The translations under genes and the position numbers were made by a program. Of a DNA stretch of 64,000 nt, positions 9,530 to 19,383 are shown one piece after another (position 1 is the first letter of the stretch; each line of letters starts with the position of its first letter). The notes under the pieces were generated by a model. The model saw nothing but the letters and a program-made list of their open reading frames with translations, was not told the origin of the DNA and ran no database searches. The stretch comes from Rhodopirellula sp. (GTDB lineage: Bacteria; Planctomycetota; Planctomycetia; Pirellulales; Pirellulaceae): the NCBI GenBank assembly GCA_002689655.1, contig NZHC01000130.1, forward strand, positions 27,132 to 91,131, written 5' to 3'.

Positions 9530-11857
9530 ATGTTTCCGAGAACCGTCGATTTCCGACTTGCCTGCCCGATCGCGATGCTCGCGGTTTTGTTGGGGGGATA
9601 CGCCTGTGCCACGGAAACGGTGTTGCCGGACAACGGAGCCGCTCTGAATGCAGATGATTCGGAAAATCAGGGTGACGTTCAGCGCACCACGTCAGTGAGT
9701 TTTGAGCTTGATGTGCTTCCCGTGTTGACCGCGTATGGTTGCAACATGGGGGCGTGTCACGGGAAGCAACGCGGGCAGAATGGATTTCAGTTATCACTGC
9801 TCGGATTCGATCCAGATTTCGACTTCGCTGCTTTGACGCGGGATGCGAGGGGGCGGCGACTGTTTCTTGCGGCACCCCAGCAAAGCTTGTTGCTGCAGAA
9901 GTCAGTCGCTTTGCTACCTCATGGCGGTGGTAAACGATTTGACATTGGTTCCGACGCGTATGATGTGTTGCTGGCTTGGATTAACCAGGGAGCGGCAAGA
10001 GAGATCAAGGATGAACCGAAGTTGGATCGTGTGGTGCTTGGACGGTCAGATTTTTCGTTGCTACCTGAAGAGCAACAGGAACTTCAAGTGGTTGCACATT
10101 ACAGCGATGGAAGTTCACGCGACGTTACCAAGCTTGCCACTTACCTCTCCAATGAAGCCGCAGTGGTTGCTGTCTCGAAGCATGGGCAGTTGACTGCTGG
10201 GGCGTTGCCGGGTGAAACCGCCATCATGGCTCGTTACATGAATCACATTTGCGTGGCGAATGTCGCGATCCCGCGGACCGTTTCCATTTCTGCCAGCGTT
10301 TACGAGGCTTTGCCTCGCAATAACTTCATTGATGAACAGGTCTATGCGAAGTTGCAGCGATTGGGGATTCGTCCATCCGAGGTTGTGTCAGATGAAATTT
10401 TTCTGAGGCGTGTGCATGTTGATTTGATTGGTCGTTTTCCCTCAGCCAATGAGGCGAGGGTTTTTCTGGAATCACAGGACCCCGAGAAGCGGTCCAAGCT
10501 GGTCGATGCCTTACTGGAGCGTCCCGAGTACGTTGATCACTGGTCAGGTTACTGGGCTGACTTGTTGCGTCCGAATCCTTACCGCGTTGGGATCAAGGCT
10601 GTCCTGAATTACGACAATTGGATACGTGACCAGTTCCGTGAAAATGTTTCGTACGATCGTTTTGTCAGTCGTTTGGTAACGGCCAAGGGAAGCACATGGC
10701 AAAACGGTGCGGCCACTCTCTATCGCGACCGGCGGTCGCCTGATGAAGTTGCCACAATGGTCAGTCAACTTTTTCTGGGAATTCGCTTGGAATGTGCCAA
10801 GTGCCATCACCATCCGTTTGAACGTTGGAGCCAGAAAGATTTTTACCAGTTCGCGGCTTATTTTTCGAAGGTGACCCGCAAGGGGACAGGGCTTTCGCCG
10901 CCGATCTCGGGAGGAGAAGAGATTGTTTACATATCCAGCAAGGGTCAGGTGAAACATCCTTTGACGGCTGAAGTGCTGGATCCGGTTCCACTTTACGAAG
11001 TGGCGAAACTGGCCACCGAGTCCTCCTCCAACGAAGTCACGACCACAAAAGTCAATGACGAGCCAGTGACTACGGCGCCGGACGATCCGCGGGTTGCGTT
11101 AGCGGAATGGATGACCTCACCGGGGAACGGTTATTTTGCCCAAGTGCAGGTCAACCGTCTCTGGGGCATTTTGATGGGGCGTGGGTTTGTCGAGCCAGTT
11201 GATGATCTGCGCAGCACCAATCCGGCCAGTAACCCTGAACTGCTTGACGCCTTAGCAGACCATTTCCGAGCCAGTGGTTTTGACCTCAAGTCCTTGTTGA
11301 AAACAATCGTGCTCTCAAGGGTGTACAGTCACAGTTCGGTGCCCAGTGAGTCTAATGTCACGGATCGGTTGAACTACTCACGAAATTATCGGCGGCGGTT
11401 ACGGGCCGAGGTGTTGATGGATGCTGTGGCTGACGTGACTGAAACCCCGGCCAAGTTGACCGGCTTGCCAGCTGAATCGCGGGCAAACCAGGTTTGGACC
11501 ACGCGGGTTGATTCGGTATTTCTTGATACCTTCGGTCGTCCGAACGAGAATCAGGATCCACCCTGCGAACGGACTCCAGACTCAACGGTGACCCAATCAC
11601 TTCACCTGATGAATTCACGGGTGTTGGATGGTCGGATTCGTGATGACAGTGGCCGTGCTGCCCGACTTGCTGGCAGTGAGATGAACTCGGAGCAGATTGC
11701 TGATGAGCTATACTTGGCTGTGTTCTCGCGGTTCCCAAGCGAGGTAGAGCGTGATTACGTTCTGGGGTTATTCAAGGATGTTGAAAAACGCAGGGCGGTG
11801 ATCGAAGATCTGATGTGGGCGATGGTCAATTCACCCGAATTTACGATCCGGAATTAG
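9530..11857 (+). CDS. DUF1549/DUF1553 (PSD1) protein with Ig-like (Big_2-like) segment
   Basis: Signal-like N-terminus, FELDVLPVL..GCNMGACHG, FLRRVHVDLIGRFP, LECAKCHHHPFE, NRLWGILMGRG and FGRP. Confidence 0.9.
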   Translation: MFPRTVDFRLACPIAMLAVLLGGYACATETVLPDNGAALNADDSENQGDVQRTTSVSFELDVLPVLTAYGCNMGACHGKQRGQNGFQLSLLGFDPDFDFAALTRDARGRRLFLAAPQQSLLLQKSVALLPHGGGKRFDIGSDAYDVLLAWINQGAAREIKDEPKLDRVVLGRSDFSLLPEEQQELQVVAHYSDGSSRDVTKLATYLSNEAAVVAVSKHGQLTAGALPGETAIMARYMNHICVANVAIPRTVSISASVYEALPRNNFIDEQVYAKLQRLGIRPSEVVSDEIFLRRVHVDLIGRFPSANEARVFLESQDPEKRSKLVDALLERPEYVDHWSGYWADLLRPNPYRVGIKAVLNYDNWIRDQFRENVSYDRFVSRLVTAKGSTWQNGAATLYRDRRSPDEVATMVSQLFLGIRLECAKCHHHPFERWSQKDFYQFAAYFSKVTRKGTGLSPPISGGEEIVYISSKGQVKHPLTAEVLDPVPLYEVAKLATESSSNEVTTTKVNDEPVTTAPDDPRVALAEWMTSPGNGYFAQVQVNRLWGILMGRGFVEPVDDLRSTNPASNPELLDALADHFRASGFDLKSLLKTIVLSRVYSHSSVPSESNVTDRLNYSRNYRRRLRAEVLMDAVADVTETPAKLTGLPAESRANQVWTTRVDSVFLDTFGRPNENQDPPCERTPDSTVTQSLHLMNSRVLDGRIRDDSGRAARLAGSEMNSEQIADELYLAVFSRFPSEVERDYVLGLFKDVEKRRAVIEDLMWAMVNSPEFTIRN

Positions 11858-11869
11858 GAGGCTGATGCC

Positions 11870-13207
11870 ATGAAACAATGGACACAAAATTGCGAAGGCA
11901 TGTCACGTCGAGACGGGCTGAAGCTTGGGCTTGGTGGTTTGATTTCTGGTGGTCTTAGCGGAGCGTTGCGAGCAACAGCTTCCGAAGGGAGCCAAGGCGG
12001 CAGCGAAATCAAGAAACAGGCTGATGCCTGCATTCTGATTTGGATGGACGGTGGCCCCAGCCATTATGAAACTTTCGATCCTAAACCTGAGGCACCGGTT
12101 GAGATTCGCGGGCAGTTCAGTCCGATTGCAACGCAGACGCCCGGCATGTTCTTTTCGCAGCCCATGAAGCGGTTGGCCGGCATTTCCAATGAGTTGGCGA
12201 TTGTGCGGTCCATCCGCCACGATCAGGGGAATCATGGTGCGGGCAATCACTACATGATGACAGGTGCTCCGCCGAGGATTCCTGTGGGCTGCGGTGCGTT
12301 CGTTAGTTTTCATCCCAGCTTGGGCAGTGTGGTTTCGCATCAAGTGGGCGCCCCAGACGGTGTGCCGCCCTACTTCACGATGCCCAATATGTCTCGTTCG
12401 GGTGGACCCAATTTTCTGGGAGCAAGACACGCACCGTTTATCGTTCCGGATGATCCTAATCGATCAGGGTTCCGCGTCCGTGATGTGACGATCCCAACGG
12501 GTTTGACTGATGCACGATTCGAGAGTCGTCAACAGATTCGCAGGCAGATTGACAAGATGCAGCGTCTGACGGAGGCGGCAATCGCCGATCCCGTTGTCGC
12601 GGCCGATGAGTTTTACTCTCAGGGAATGCAGATTCTTCAAAGCAGTGAAGCTCAGGCGGCATTTGATATTCATTCCGAACCGGACGAGGTTCGCAATGCC
12701 TACGGGCGAAGCCCCTTTGGGCAGCGAGCATTGTTGGCGCGGCGGTTGGTCGGGGCGGGGGTGCCGTTTGTGACGTTGTACTTTGGAGGCTGGGACCATC
12801 ACACCGACTTGTTCAATGCGTTTGACAAAAAAGTACCGCCCTTCGAAAGTGCGATTGCCGCTTTGATCGAAGATCTGAAACAGCAAGGCATGCTCGATCG
12901 TACAATGGTGATCGCGCTGGGAGAGTTCGGACGCACACCCAAAATTAATGACCGCGGAGGGCGTGACCATTGGTCGAACGCCATGAGCGTTATGTTTGCA
13001 GGTGGGGGAACACGCGGTGGACAAGTGATTGGGGCGACCGACCGGCAGGGGTATGCTGCTGTTGAGCGGATTCTGTCACCAGAGAATTTCGTGTCGACGG
13101 TTTATCGAAAACTTGGGATCGATCCTGGGCAGATGATGTATACGCCGGATGGACGTCCGGTTCATCTGGTGAGTGATGCCGAACCGATTTCCGAGTTAAT
13201 GGCTTAA
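11870..13207 (+). CDS. DUF1501 domain protein (Tat-like leader)
   Basis: SRRDGLKLG leader, ILIWMDGGPSHYETFDPKP, GGWDHH, GEFGRTPKIN and GRDHW; GGAGG RBS upstream. Confidence 0.92.
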   Translation: MKQWTQNCEGMSRRDGLKLGLGGLISGGLSGALRATASEGSQGGSEIKKQADACILIWMDGGPSHYETFDPKPEAPVEIRGQFSPIATQTPGMFFSQPMKRLAGISNELAIVRSIRHDQGNHGAGNHYMMTGAPPRIPVGCGAFVSFHPSLGSVVSHQVGAPDGVPPYFTMPNMSRSGGPNFLGARHAPFIVPDDPNRSGFRVRDVTIPTGLTDARFESRQQIRRQIDKMQRLTEAAIADPVVAADEFYSQGMQILQSSEAQAAFDIHSEPDEVRNAYGRSPFGQRALLARRLVGAGVPFVTLYFGGWDHHTDLFNAFDKKVPPFESAIAALIEDLKQQGMLDRTMVIALGEFGRTPKINDRGGRDHWSNAMSVMFAGGGTRGGQVIGATDRQGYAAVERILSPENFVSTVYRKLGIDPGQMMYTPDGRPVHLVSDAEPISELMA

Positions 13208-13361
13208 TCTTGTAAGCAAGGCAATATGTCAGAGCATCATTGGTTCTGCAGGAGATGAAATGATGGGGCCACGTGGGCGGCACTCGCGGTCGGTTGCGTC
13301 ATCGAACGTTGCGTCGGGCAACGAGATAAGATTAAAAAAGTTGCAGAGTGGACCCACTGAG

Positions 13362-14990
13362 ATGTCTGGATTTAGATTGCCGAGGCTGTTGCTTACCTTA
13401 GCCGTTGTTTGCGTTTGCAATTCCAGTGTGCTGGCACAGATCCAGCTGGACCGGTTTTTTCCGCCAAGCGTGGGTGTAGGCCAGAGTACAGCGATAAAAG
13501 CAGAGGGAAAGTTCCCGAAGTGGCCGATCAGACTCACGACGGATACCGTGGGTGTGTCGGTTCAAGCTGCTGAAAAATCCGGCATGCTTCAGGTTGTGGT
13601 GAAGAATGATGCCACGCCCGGAGTTGTTTGGATACGCGGCTTGGATGACAATTCTGCTTCGGGACTTGTCCCGTTATTGGTTGAACCCATTGATCCAATG
13701 GTTGAGGTCGAACCGAATGATCATCTGGGTACCGCAACCGAAGCCGAGTTACCCTGTGTGGTGGCCGGACGACTTTCAAAATCCGGTGAGGTTGACACAT
13801 ACCGCGTCTTCGCAAAAAAAGGCCGGAAACTCGTGGTTTCGGTGATGGCAAACCGATGGTTGCAGTCGCCCATGGACGCAGTGTTACAGGTTGTCGATGC
13901 AGAGGGGCATGTCTTGGCACAGGCAGATGATCAACGTGGCCTAGATCCACAACTGGTGTTCATGGTCGAGCAGGATCAGGCATTGTTCATTCGTTTGTTT
14001 GCGTTTCCCGAAACACCCAATAGTACAATCGGATTTGCTGGCGCGGAAACCTTTGTTTACCAGCTGCAAATGACTACGGATGCTTTTGTTGATCATGTGC
14101 TACCCCTCAGTGGCGAACTTGAAACGCCAGATAATGCGGTGGTTCATGGCTGGAATTTGTCGCGAGATGCTGTCGCCAAGAATGGAAACGCTAAGCTGTT
14201 TGATGGCGAAGTAATGCACGTACCAGCAGCATTGGGCTGGCAGTACCAAGGGGCGAATCCTGCTGGCGGCAATGACTTCTTTGAGTCGGATGACTTGGTT
14301 GTGATTGAGAAGTTACCCTGTTCTTTTTCAGGGCAGATTTCTGACATGGGTGAAGTCGATCGGGTGCGTTTGGCCGTTACCAAGGGTAGCCGGTGCCGGG
14401 TTGCTGTTCACTCACGGCGCAGCGGAATGATCCTCGATTCGGTCCTGCGGGTCGTGGATTTGGAGAATGAGAAGGAACTTGGGCGCAATGATGATATGAA
14501 ACGCGGTGAGTACGATGCGCGTGTTGATTTCGTTGCTGAGCGGGATGGGCAGGTGGAGGTTCAAATTTCAGATCTAGTGGACGGGTTTGGGATGCGGCAT
14601 GCCTACACGATTGTTGCGTCGATCGTTGAACCTTCCGTGGAAGCTACCGTGGCAGCCAATCACTTTGCACTCAAGGCAGGTGAGTCACTGGAGGTACCAA
14701 TCACCGTCACGCGTCTGGATGGGTATGCAATGAAGGTGCAGTTCAGTGTTGCGGACTTGCCTGGGGGAGTTACCTGTGCGACGATCGTGTCGGAAGCCAA
14801 GGGAGATTCAGCGAAGGCGGTGAAGTTGAAATTGGTCGCCCAGGATGACTTGGTGTACCAAGGTCCGATTCAAATCAAAGCGGTAGGATTGGCAGATGAT
14901 AATTCTGTTGCCGGTGAACCATTTCACGTTACCCATGAATTGGCAAAAATGGTTCGGATTGATAAGTTCTGGCTGACGGTCGCTCCATGA
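13362..14990 (+). CDS. Secreted PPC (pre-peptidase C-terminal) domain protein
   Basis: Signal peptide MSGFRLPRLLLTLAVVCVCNSSVLA-Q. It contains EVEPND, GEVDTY/GEVDRV and two D(A/S)VL..D...L..DD PPC repeats. The ORF track starts at 13260; the ATG at 13362 is preferred. Confidence 0.8.
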   Translation: MSGFRLPRLLLTLAVVCVCNSSVLAQIQLDRFFPPSVGVGQSTAIKAEGKFPKWPIRLTTDTVGVSVQAAEKSGMLQVVVKNDATPGVVWIRGLDDNSASGLVPLLVEPIDPMVEVEPNDHLGTATEAELPCVVAGRLSKSGEVDTYRVFAKKGRKLVVSVMANRWLQSPMDAVLQVVDAEGHVLAQADDQRGLDPQLVFMVEQDQALFIRLFAFPETPNSTIGFAGAETFVYQLQMTTDAFVDHVLPLSGELETPDNAVVHGWNLSRDAVAKNGNAKLFDGEVMHVPAALGWQYQGANPAGGNDFFESDDLVVIEKLPCSFSGQISDMGEVDRVRLAVTKGSRCRVAVHSRRSGMILDSVLRVVDLENEKELGRNDDMKRGEYDARVDFVAERDGQVEVQISDLVDGFGMRHAYTIVASIVEPSVEATVAANHFALKAGESLEVPITVTRLDGYAMKVQFSVADLPGGVTCATIVSEAKGDSAKAVKLKLVAQDDLVYQGPIQIKAVGLADDNSVAGEPFHVTHELAKMVRIDKFWLTVAP

Positions 14991-15083
14991 ATAGCATTGC
15001 TGAGAGGTGGAGTTCCCGCTTGGGTTGCACTCCGGTGGGTTAGTTGGCTGCCGCCTGTTGCGATACAGCAAGCGTTGGACTTC

Positions 15084-15116
15084 CTGTGATGTGTGTTCTG
15101 TGATGTGTGCTCTGTG
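15084..15116. repeat. 14-bp tandem repeat CTGTGATGTGTG(T/C)T x2 plus partial
   Basis: Read directly from the sequence. Confidence 0.85.
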
Positions 15117-15457
15117 TCAGCGAATGTGTTGTTTTCCAGTATCAGTGGACGCGGGCGATTTCCCCGTCAGTGTGGACGCTCTGTTTTGGTATGGTCGAGA
15201 ATGAATGTCGGTGGTCTTGCACTACCTGCGCTCGCTTACCACACACCGGTACAAGTCGTTCTGTATGTCCCAACGTCGGTGACTGGTTTGCCCTGCCCAT
15301 TCATTCTGGGCTCAGAGCTTTTCTAATCTTGGCTTAGGTTGATCTCGCAAGTTGGAAAGACCAAGTTCCTTAGGACGCAATCGTGAAGGGATGGCTTCAT
15401 CGTAGAACGTGTAGGTTCGTCGTACCGTTTCTGCTGCTGCAATACGTGGCAAGGTGT

Positions 15458-16633
15458 TTAGTTGTGTGATAAAGGGGGCGTCATCATCAGCATGGCGAGT
15501 AGTGCAGAGCGTTCTGGGATCTTGTTCTCGAAAACATGTTCATGAATGGCATGGGCTCCATCGCCAACCGCACCCAGGCCATCGAGCGTTGGACAGTATT
15601 GGCTTGTCCAATTTCCATCTGAGCCTCCGCCGGCTGCGGCTTGGTCGATTTCAAGTTCAAGTAAGTCGGCAGCCAGTTGGGCTTGTTGCCATAATTTCCG
15701 GTTTCCGGAAGTGGATTCCAGTGGGGGTCTTTCAATGCGACCGTGGATCTCCAGTTGGGTGCCTTCGACGGTGGGATGGATTGCATGGATTGCTTTTTCG
15801 ATACGTCGAGCTTCTTGTTGGGTGGTGACACGTACATCAATTTCGACTCGACATTCCGGTGCGATCACGTTGGGACGCATGCCACCATGGATGACTCCGA
15901 CATTCACGCTGGTTCCTGAGGTTGCATCGTTCATGGTGAATAGTTTTTGTATCACATGCGAAATCTCATGGATGGCACTGATGCCTTTTTCCGGATCCAG
16001 TCCCGCATGCGCGGCTCGTCCGTGGACCGTGATTTGGAATCTGCCCACTCCTTTACGTTGTGTCTTGAGCTTTCCACGTGGTCCAAGGGAAGGCTCTACA
16101 ACAAAAGTGCGGTTCACCACGCGTGCTAAACGTTCAATTTGCGTGGCTGATTCATGGCTACCAATTTCTTCGTCTGAATTCATGAAGAAGATGGGTGTCA
16201 GCGGTGGAGTCATCCCTAATTCACGTAAGGTCTGCACGGCGAACACCGCTTGGACCAAGCCAGCTTTCATGTCGTAGCTACCGGGTCCGTGAAAGCAGCC
16301 CTCGCGTGATTCCACCGGCATTGTTTCCAGGGTTCCCATAGGCCAAACCGTATCGACGTGTCCTAAAATGAGTTGCTGGGGTTGCTGTTTTTGGCGATTG
16401 CAGGGGATCGCAAGCATCTGACCACCAGAATCTTTGCCTGAAAGAAAACGACACCGGTAGCCCATGGATTCCAGCATCGAGGTGAATAGTTCAAAAACAG
16501 CGAGTTGCGTGTTGGGCAGTTGTGAAGGGCTCTCAATGCTGACCGCGTTTTTGAGCATGCTCAGCATGTCAGCCTGCTTCTCAAACGAATGAGAGAGGAT
16601 CCTGGCTGCAACGGCCTTGTTGATTTCTGTCAT
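15458..16633 (-). CDS. M20 family metallopeptidase (glutamate carboxypeptidase-like)
   Basis: Metal-binding motifs GHVDTV, GPGSYDMKAG, SDEEIGS, GGGSDGN and HAIHE. Confidence 0.9.
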   Translation of the reverse strand: MTEINKAVAARILSHSFEKQADMLSMLKNAVSIESPSQLPNTQLAVFELFTSMLESMGYRCRFLSGKDSGGQMLAIPCNRQKQQPQQLILGHVDTVWPMGTLETMPVESREGCFHGPGSYDMKAGLVQAVFAVQTLRELGMTPPLTPIFFMNSDEEIGSHESATQIERLARVVNRTFVVEPSLGPRGKLKTQRKGVGRFQITVHGRAAHAGLDPEKGISAIHEISHVIQKLFTMNDATSGTSVNVGVIHGGMRPNVIAPECRVEIDVRVTTQQEARRIEKAIHAIHPTVEGTQLEIHGRIERPPLESTSGNRKLWQQAQLAADLLELEIDQAAAGGGSDGNWTSQYCPTLDGLGAVGDGAHAIHEHVFENKIPERSALLAMLMMTPPLSHN

Positions 16634-16696
16634 CCGCGGTGTCCTGACGATGATGTGCGTGATTTGGTAGGTCGCTTGGAAATGGATTCACCTTAA

Positions 16697-16717
16697 TGGT
16701 GACTGGTGACTGGTGAC
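16697..16717. repeat. 7-bp tandem repeat TGGTGAC x3
   Basis: Read directly from the sequence. Confidence 0.85.
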
Positions 16718-17021
16718 TGTGGCGTGATTCGCTGTCTCACGAGATGTAATCCTGCCTGATTGTGTCCAACGGTTTCCCATGCAGATCACATTGTAGCATT
16801 GGGGAACGGTACACTCTTCATTCATTGAATCGTCTCAGCCGTGGAACTCTCAGCAGAACGGCTTGTTCGACAAACGCTGGAGCGGCAAATGTGTCGAAGG
16901 GAATTGGAATCAGTGTTGCGAGTACTGGACCAGTGCGTTTTGCCGGTCTGATTTATTGGCGGGGAACGTGTGACGTGAAATTTCGATTTCGCAGTTGTTG
17001 AGAAACGGGGGAGGGGATGCG

Positions 17022-17417
17022 ATGGACGAAGATTTGCTTGCGAAATGGGTGAAGTATCTTTCCAGCGGCAGGGGCTACGCCAGTGCGTCTTGCGACTTTG
17101 CTGAACTGATCTGGTCAGACGCGGTGACGCAGCAACAACAAATCGAGTTGCTGCAGACAGGCGATGCGAATGTCCGCAGGGCAGTGGCATGGGCGATCTC
17201 CGACCTGTCATGCGATAACGACGCAATGCGATATCTCATGAAAGAGTGTTTCAACGATAGCGATGTCGGAGTGCGAAGGCATGTTTGGGGGGCGATGCGT
17301 CAAACTCAAGTCCTCAGCTTTGATCAGAAGCAGCGGTTAGTTGATAAGTTGGGGGAAGAACAGGATGAGGCGGTGCTGCAGTTCGTGCGGGATGTCAGGT
17401 TAGCGAGTCAACCTTAG
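17022..17417 (+). CDS. Small HEAT-repeat protein
   Basis: Two HEAT-like motifs (DANVRRAVAWAI, DSDVGVRRHVWGAM). A GGGGAGGGG RBS precedes the ATG at 17022. Confidence 0.65.
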   Translation: MDEDLLAKWVKYLSSGRGYASASCDFAELIWSDAVTQQQQIELLQTGDANVRRAVAWAISDLSCDNDAMRYLMKECFNDSDVGVRRHVWGAMRQTQVLSFDQKQRLVDKLGEEQDEAVLQFVRDVRLASQP

Positions 17418-17549
17418 AAGCCGCGTCGATCGAAATTGTTATTGCTCGCCTTGCTGATGGGGCGAAATGGGGCAGAATACCGTCCACACGATTGGTCGAA
17501 CGAGTTAGTCTTGCTCGCGGAATGTGTCACACGTAGAGAGAATGAAAAG

Positions 17550-19334
17550 ATGGGCCGTTTGATCTTTACTATAGCCGTGCTCGTATCGGAACTTGGTCAT
17601 CTTTCGGCTACCAACACATGGGATGACGCATATGACACGAGTCAAATTGAAGTGACGTTGGTGTATTTCGTGCCGTCAGACCGGATGCCTTTGGCTGATT
17701 GGCGTCAAAGGGTGGATTACTACAGCAAGCGGATTGAGCAATTCCACGCTCGTGAGTTCCAAGGCCAATCCAGACTGACGACAGTTGTTCGCCCAGAACC
17801 GTTCGTTTCAGGTTTGTCTACCAACCAGTTGAGAGTGGGTGATGCAAACCAAATCTACTATCGAACGTTGAACGAGGTGGATCGGCGTTTGAAGTTTGCA
17901 CCGTCGACCAAAGAAGCCAAGCGGAAACCAAAGGCATTTCCAATTCTGCTTGTGTTGAGTGAGATCAATTGGCGACCCTTGGATGACTTCTTCCGGGTCA
18001 AACCCACCGACAATGGCTTGGTGTTCGAAGGTAATTACAACGGTGGTCAGCATTTTCCCGGTGCTACCTCAGGCGGGGCTCGCGCATTGTATAACCCCCA
18101 GCGAGGGATCGGTTGGGGGTTGGTGAGTGCGGATGGTTGGCGTGTGCCGTATCGCGGATCTGATTGTGTGGTGTATCACGAGGGGTGCGGTCACACCGTC
18201 GGTCTGCCCCATCCGGAACCCGGTAATGGGTCCGTCATGAGCATGGGCCAGTATCGTGGTTGGATCAGTGAATCCTGGCTAGACAAGGAGCAGAAAACGC
18301 GTCTGGGCTGGACGCCGAAAGAATTGTCAGAGGATACGCAGCTGGAGTTGTTTTCCACCTTTCGCGCGATTGCTTCGCCCACGGTGCCTCAGCCTGGGCA
18401 ATCCGTCCGACTGAAATTGGCTTTTCCTCCCGACGCCATGGTCAAGGCGTTACGGGTTCAGCTTCAGACTTCGGTGACCGGGCCATGGGTTGAAGTGCCA
18501 CAACGGTGGGAGGGTGCAACGCCAGGGTTCGCTCTTCTCGGCGAATTCGATCGTCCGACTCCTGTCAGTTACCGCGTGAATGTAACGCTGTTAAGCGGTG
18601 AAACGGCAGAGCTGTGGGGGTATTTTCAAGTGCGAAGCGACGCGAATAAGCCACCCTTGCCAGCTCCGACGGGTGCCATGGCACTCGACCTGCTGAAATC
18701 GCAGCAGGTCGAGGGTGACGCACTTGCGCAGAGAATGCCGAAGAGCGAAATCGATCTGCTGGCGATGGCGAACCAAAACAGATCAAAAGAGGGCGACGAT
18801 AAACAGAATCCTCTTTGGAGTGTTGGAGATTGGACTTGGAGTGACGGTGTCTTGACCAGTCCCAAAAAGTTCGGCGCACGTTTGCAGTTGCCCTATTCAC
18901 CTCCGGATGAATATCGATTGACCGTGGTGCTGGAGCCCTTGGATGATCCCAATGGTTTGCTGCTTGGTAATGTGGTTGGTGGTAATCAATTTGTTTCTTT
19001 GTTCAGCTACCGATCGGGAAATGGCTATGCCAGTGCTATCGAGAACCTTGATGGCCGAAATGTTGGGAATGAGACGACGGTCCGCGGGGAGGTGTTCACA
19101 CGCGGGCAAATATCGCAACTCGTCGTAACCGTGCGGGAAACGGGCATCCACATGATGGTTGACGGGCGGCAGTTCATCCATTGGCACGGTAAGTCGGATC
19201 GTCTGTCACTTTCGGATTACTGGGCAACGCCTGACAAAAAGGCAATGTTTCTTGGTGCGTATGACTGCCGGTATCGATTTCACCGGGTGTCGTTGGAGCC
19301 GCTTGCGGGTAAAGGGCGGCAGTTGGATCGGTAA
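17550..19334 (+). CDS. Putative secreted zinc metalloprotease (metzincin-like) with C-terminal beta-sandwich (DUF1080/ConA-like) domain
   Basis: HEGCGHTVGLPH followed by the SVMS Met-turn. The ORF is open from 17436; the ATG at 17550 gives a hydrophobic leader. Confidence 0.6.
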   Translation: MGRLIFTIAVLVSELGHLSATNTWDDAYDTSQIEVTLVYFVPSDRMPLADWRQRVDYYSKRIEQFHAREFQGQSRLTTVVRPEPFVSGLSTNQLRVGDANQIYYRTLNEVDRRLKFAPSTKEAKRKPKAFPILLVLSEINWRPLDDFFRVKPTDNGLVFEGNYNGGQHFPGATSGGARALYNPQRGIGWGLVSADGWRVPYRGSDCVVYHEGCGHTVGLPHPEPGNGSVMSMGQYRGWISESWLDKEQKTRLGWTPKELSEDTQLELFSTFRAIASPTVPQPGQSVRLKLAFPPDAMVKALRVQLQTSVTGPWVEVPQRWEGATPGFALLGEFDRPTPVSYRVNVTLLSGETAELWGYFQVRSDANKPPLPAPTGAMALDLLKSQQVEGDALAQRMPKSEIDLLAMANQNRSKEGDDKQNPLWSVGDWTWSDGVLTSPKKFGARLQLPYSPPDEYRLTVVLEPLDDPNGLLLGNVVGGNQFVSLFSYRSGNGYASAIENLDGRNVGNETTVRGEVFTRGQISQLVVTVRETGIHMMVDGRQFIHWHGKSDRLSLSDYWATPDKKAMFLGAYDCRYRFHRVSLEPLAGKGRQLDR

Positions 19335-19383
19335 GTTTCAATGCTGCTCATTTCTCGGTTTGTTGAAAACCACGCAACGCCAC

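Noticed and set aside
15007-15204. ORF with FPVSVDA x2 that looks synonymously diverged
   Set aside because: It can be explained as a decayed DNA duplication (TTTCC...TCAGTG..GACGC) in a convergent gap, and the rest of the ORF is not protein-like.
15546-16277. Long antisense ORFs (this one; also 42680-43324, 62502-63212, 27751-28266, 12464-13024)
   Set aside because: These are shadow frames opposite well-supported genes, expected in GC-rich coding DNA, and carry no recognisable motifs.
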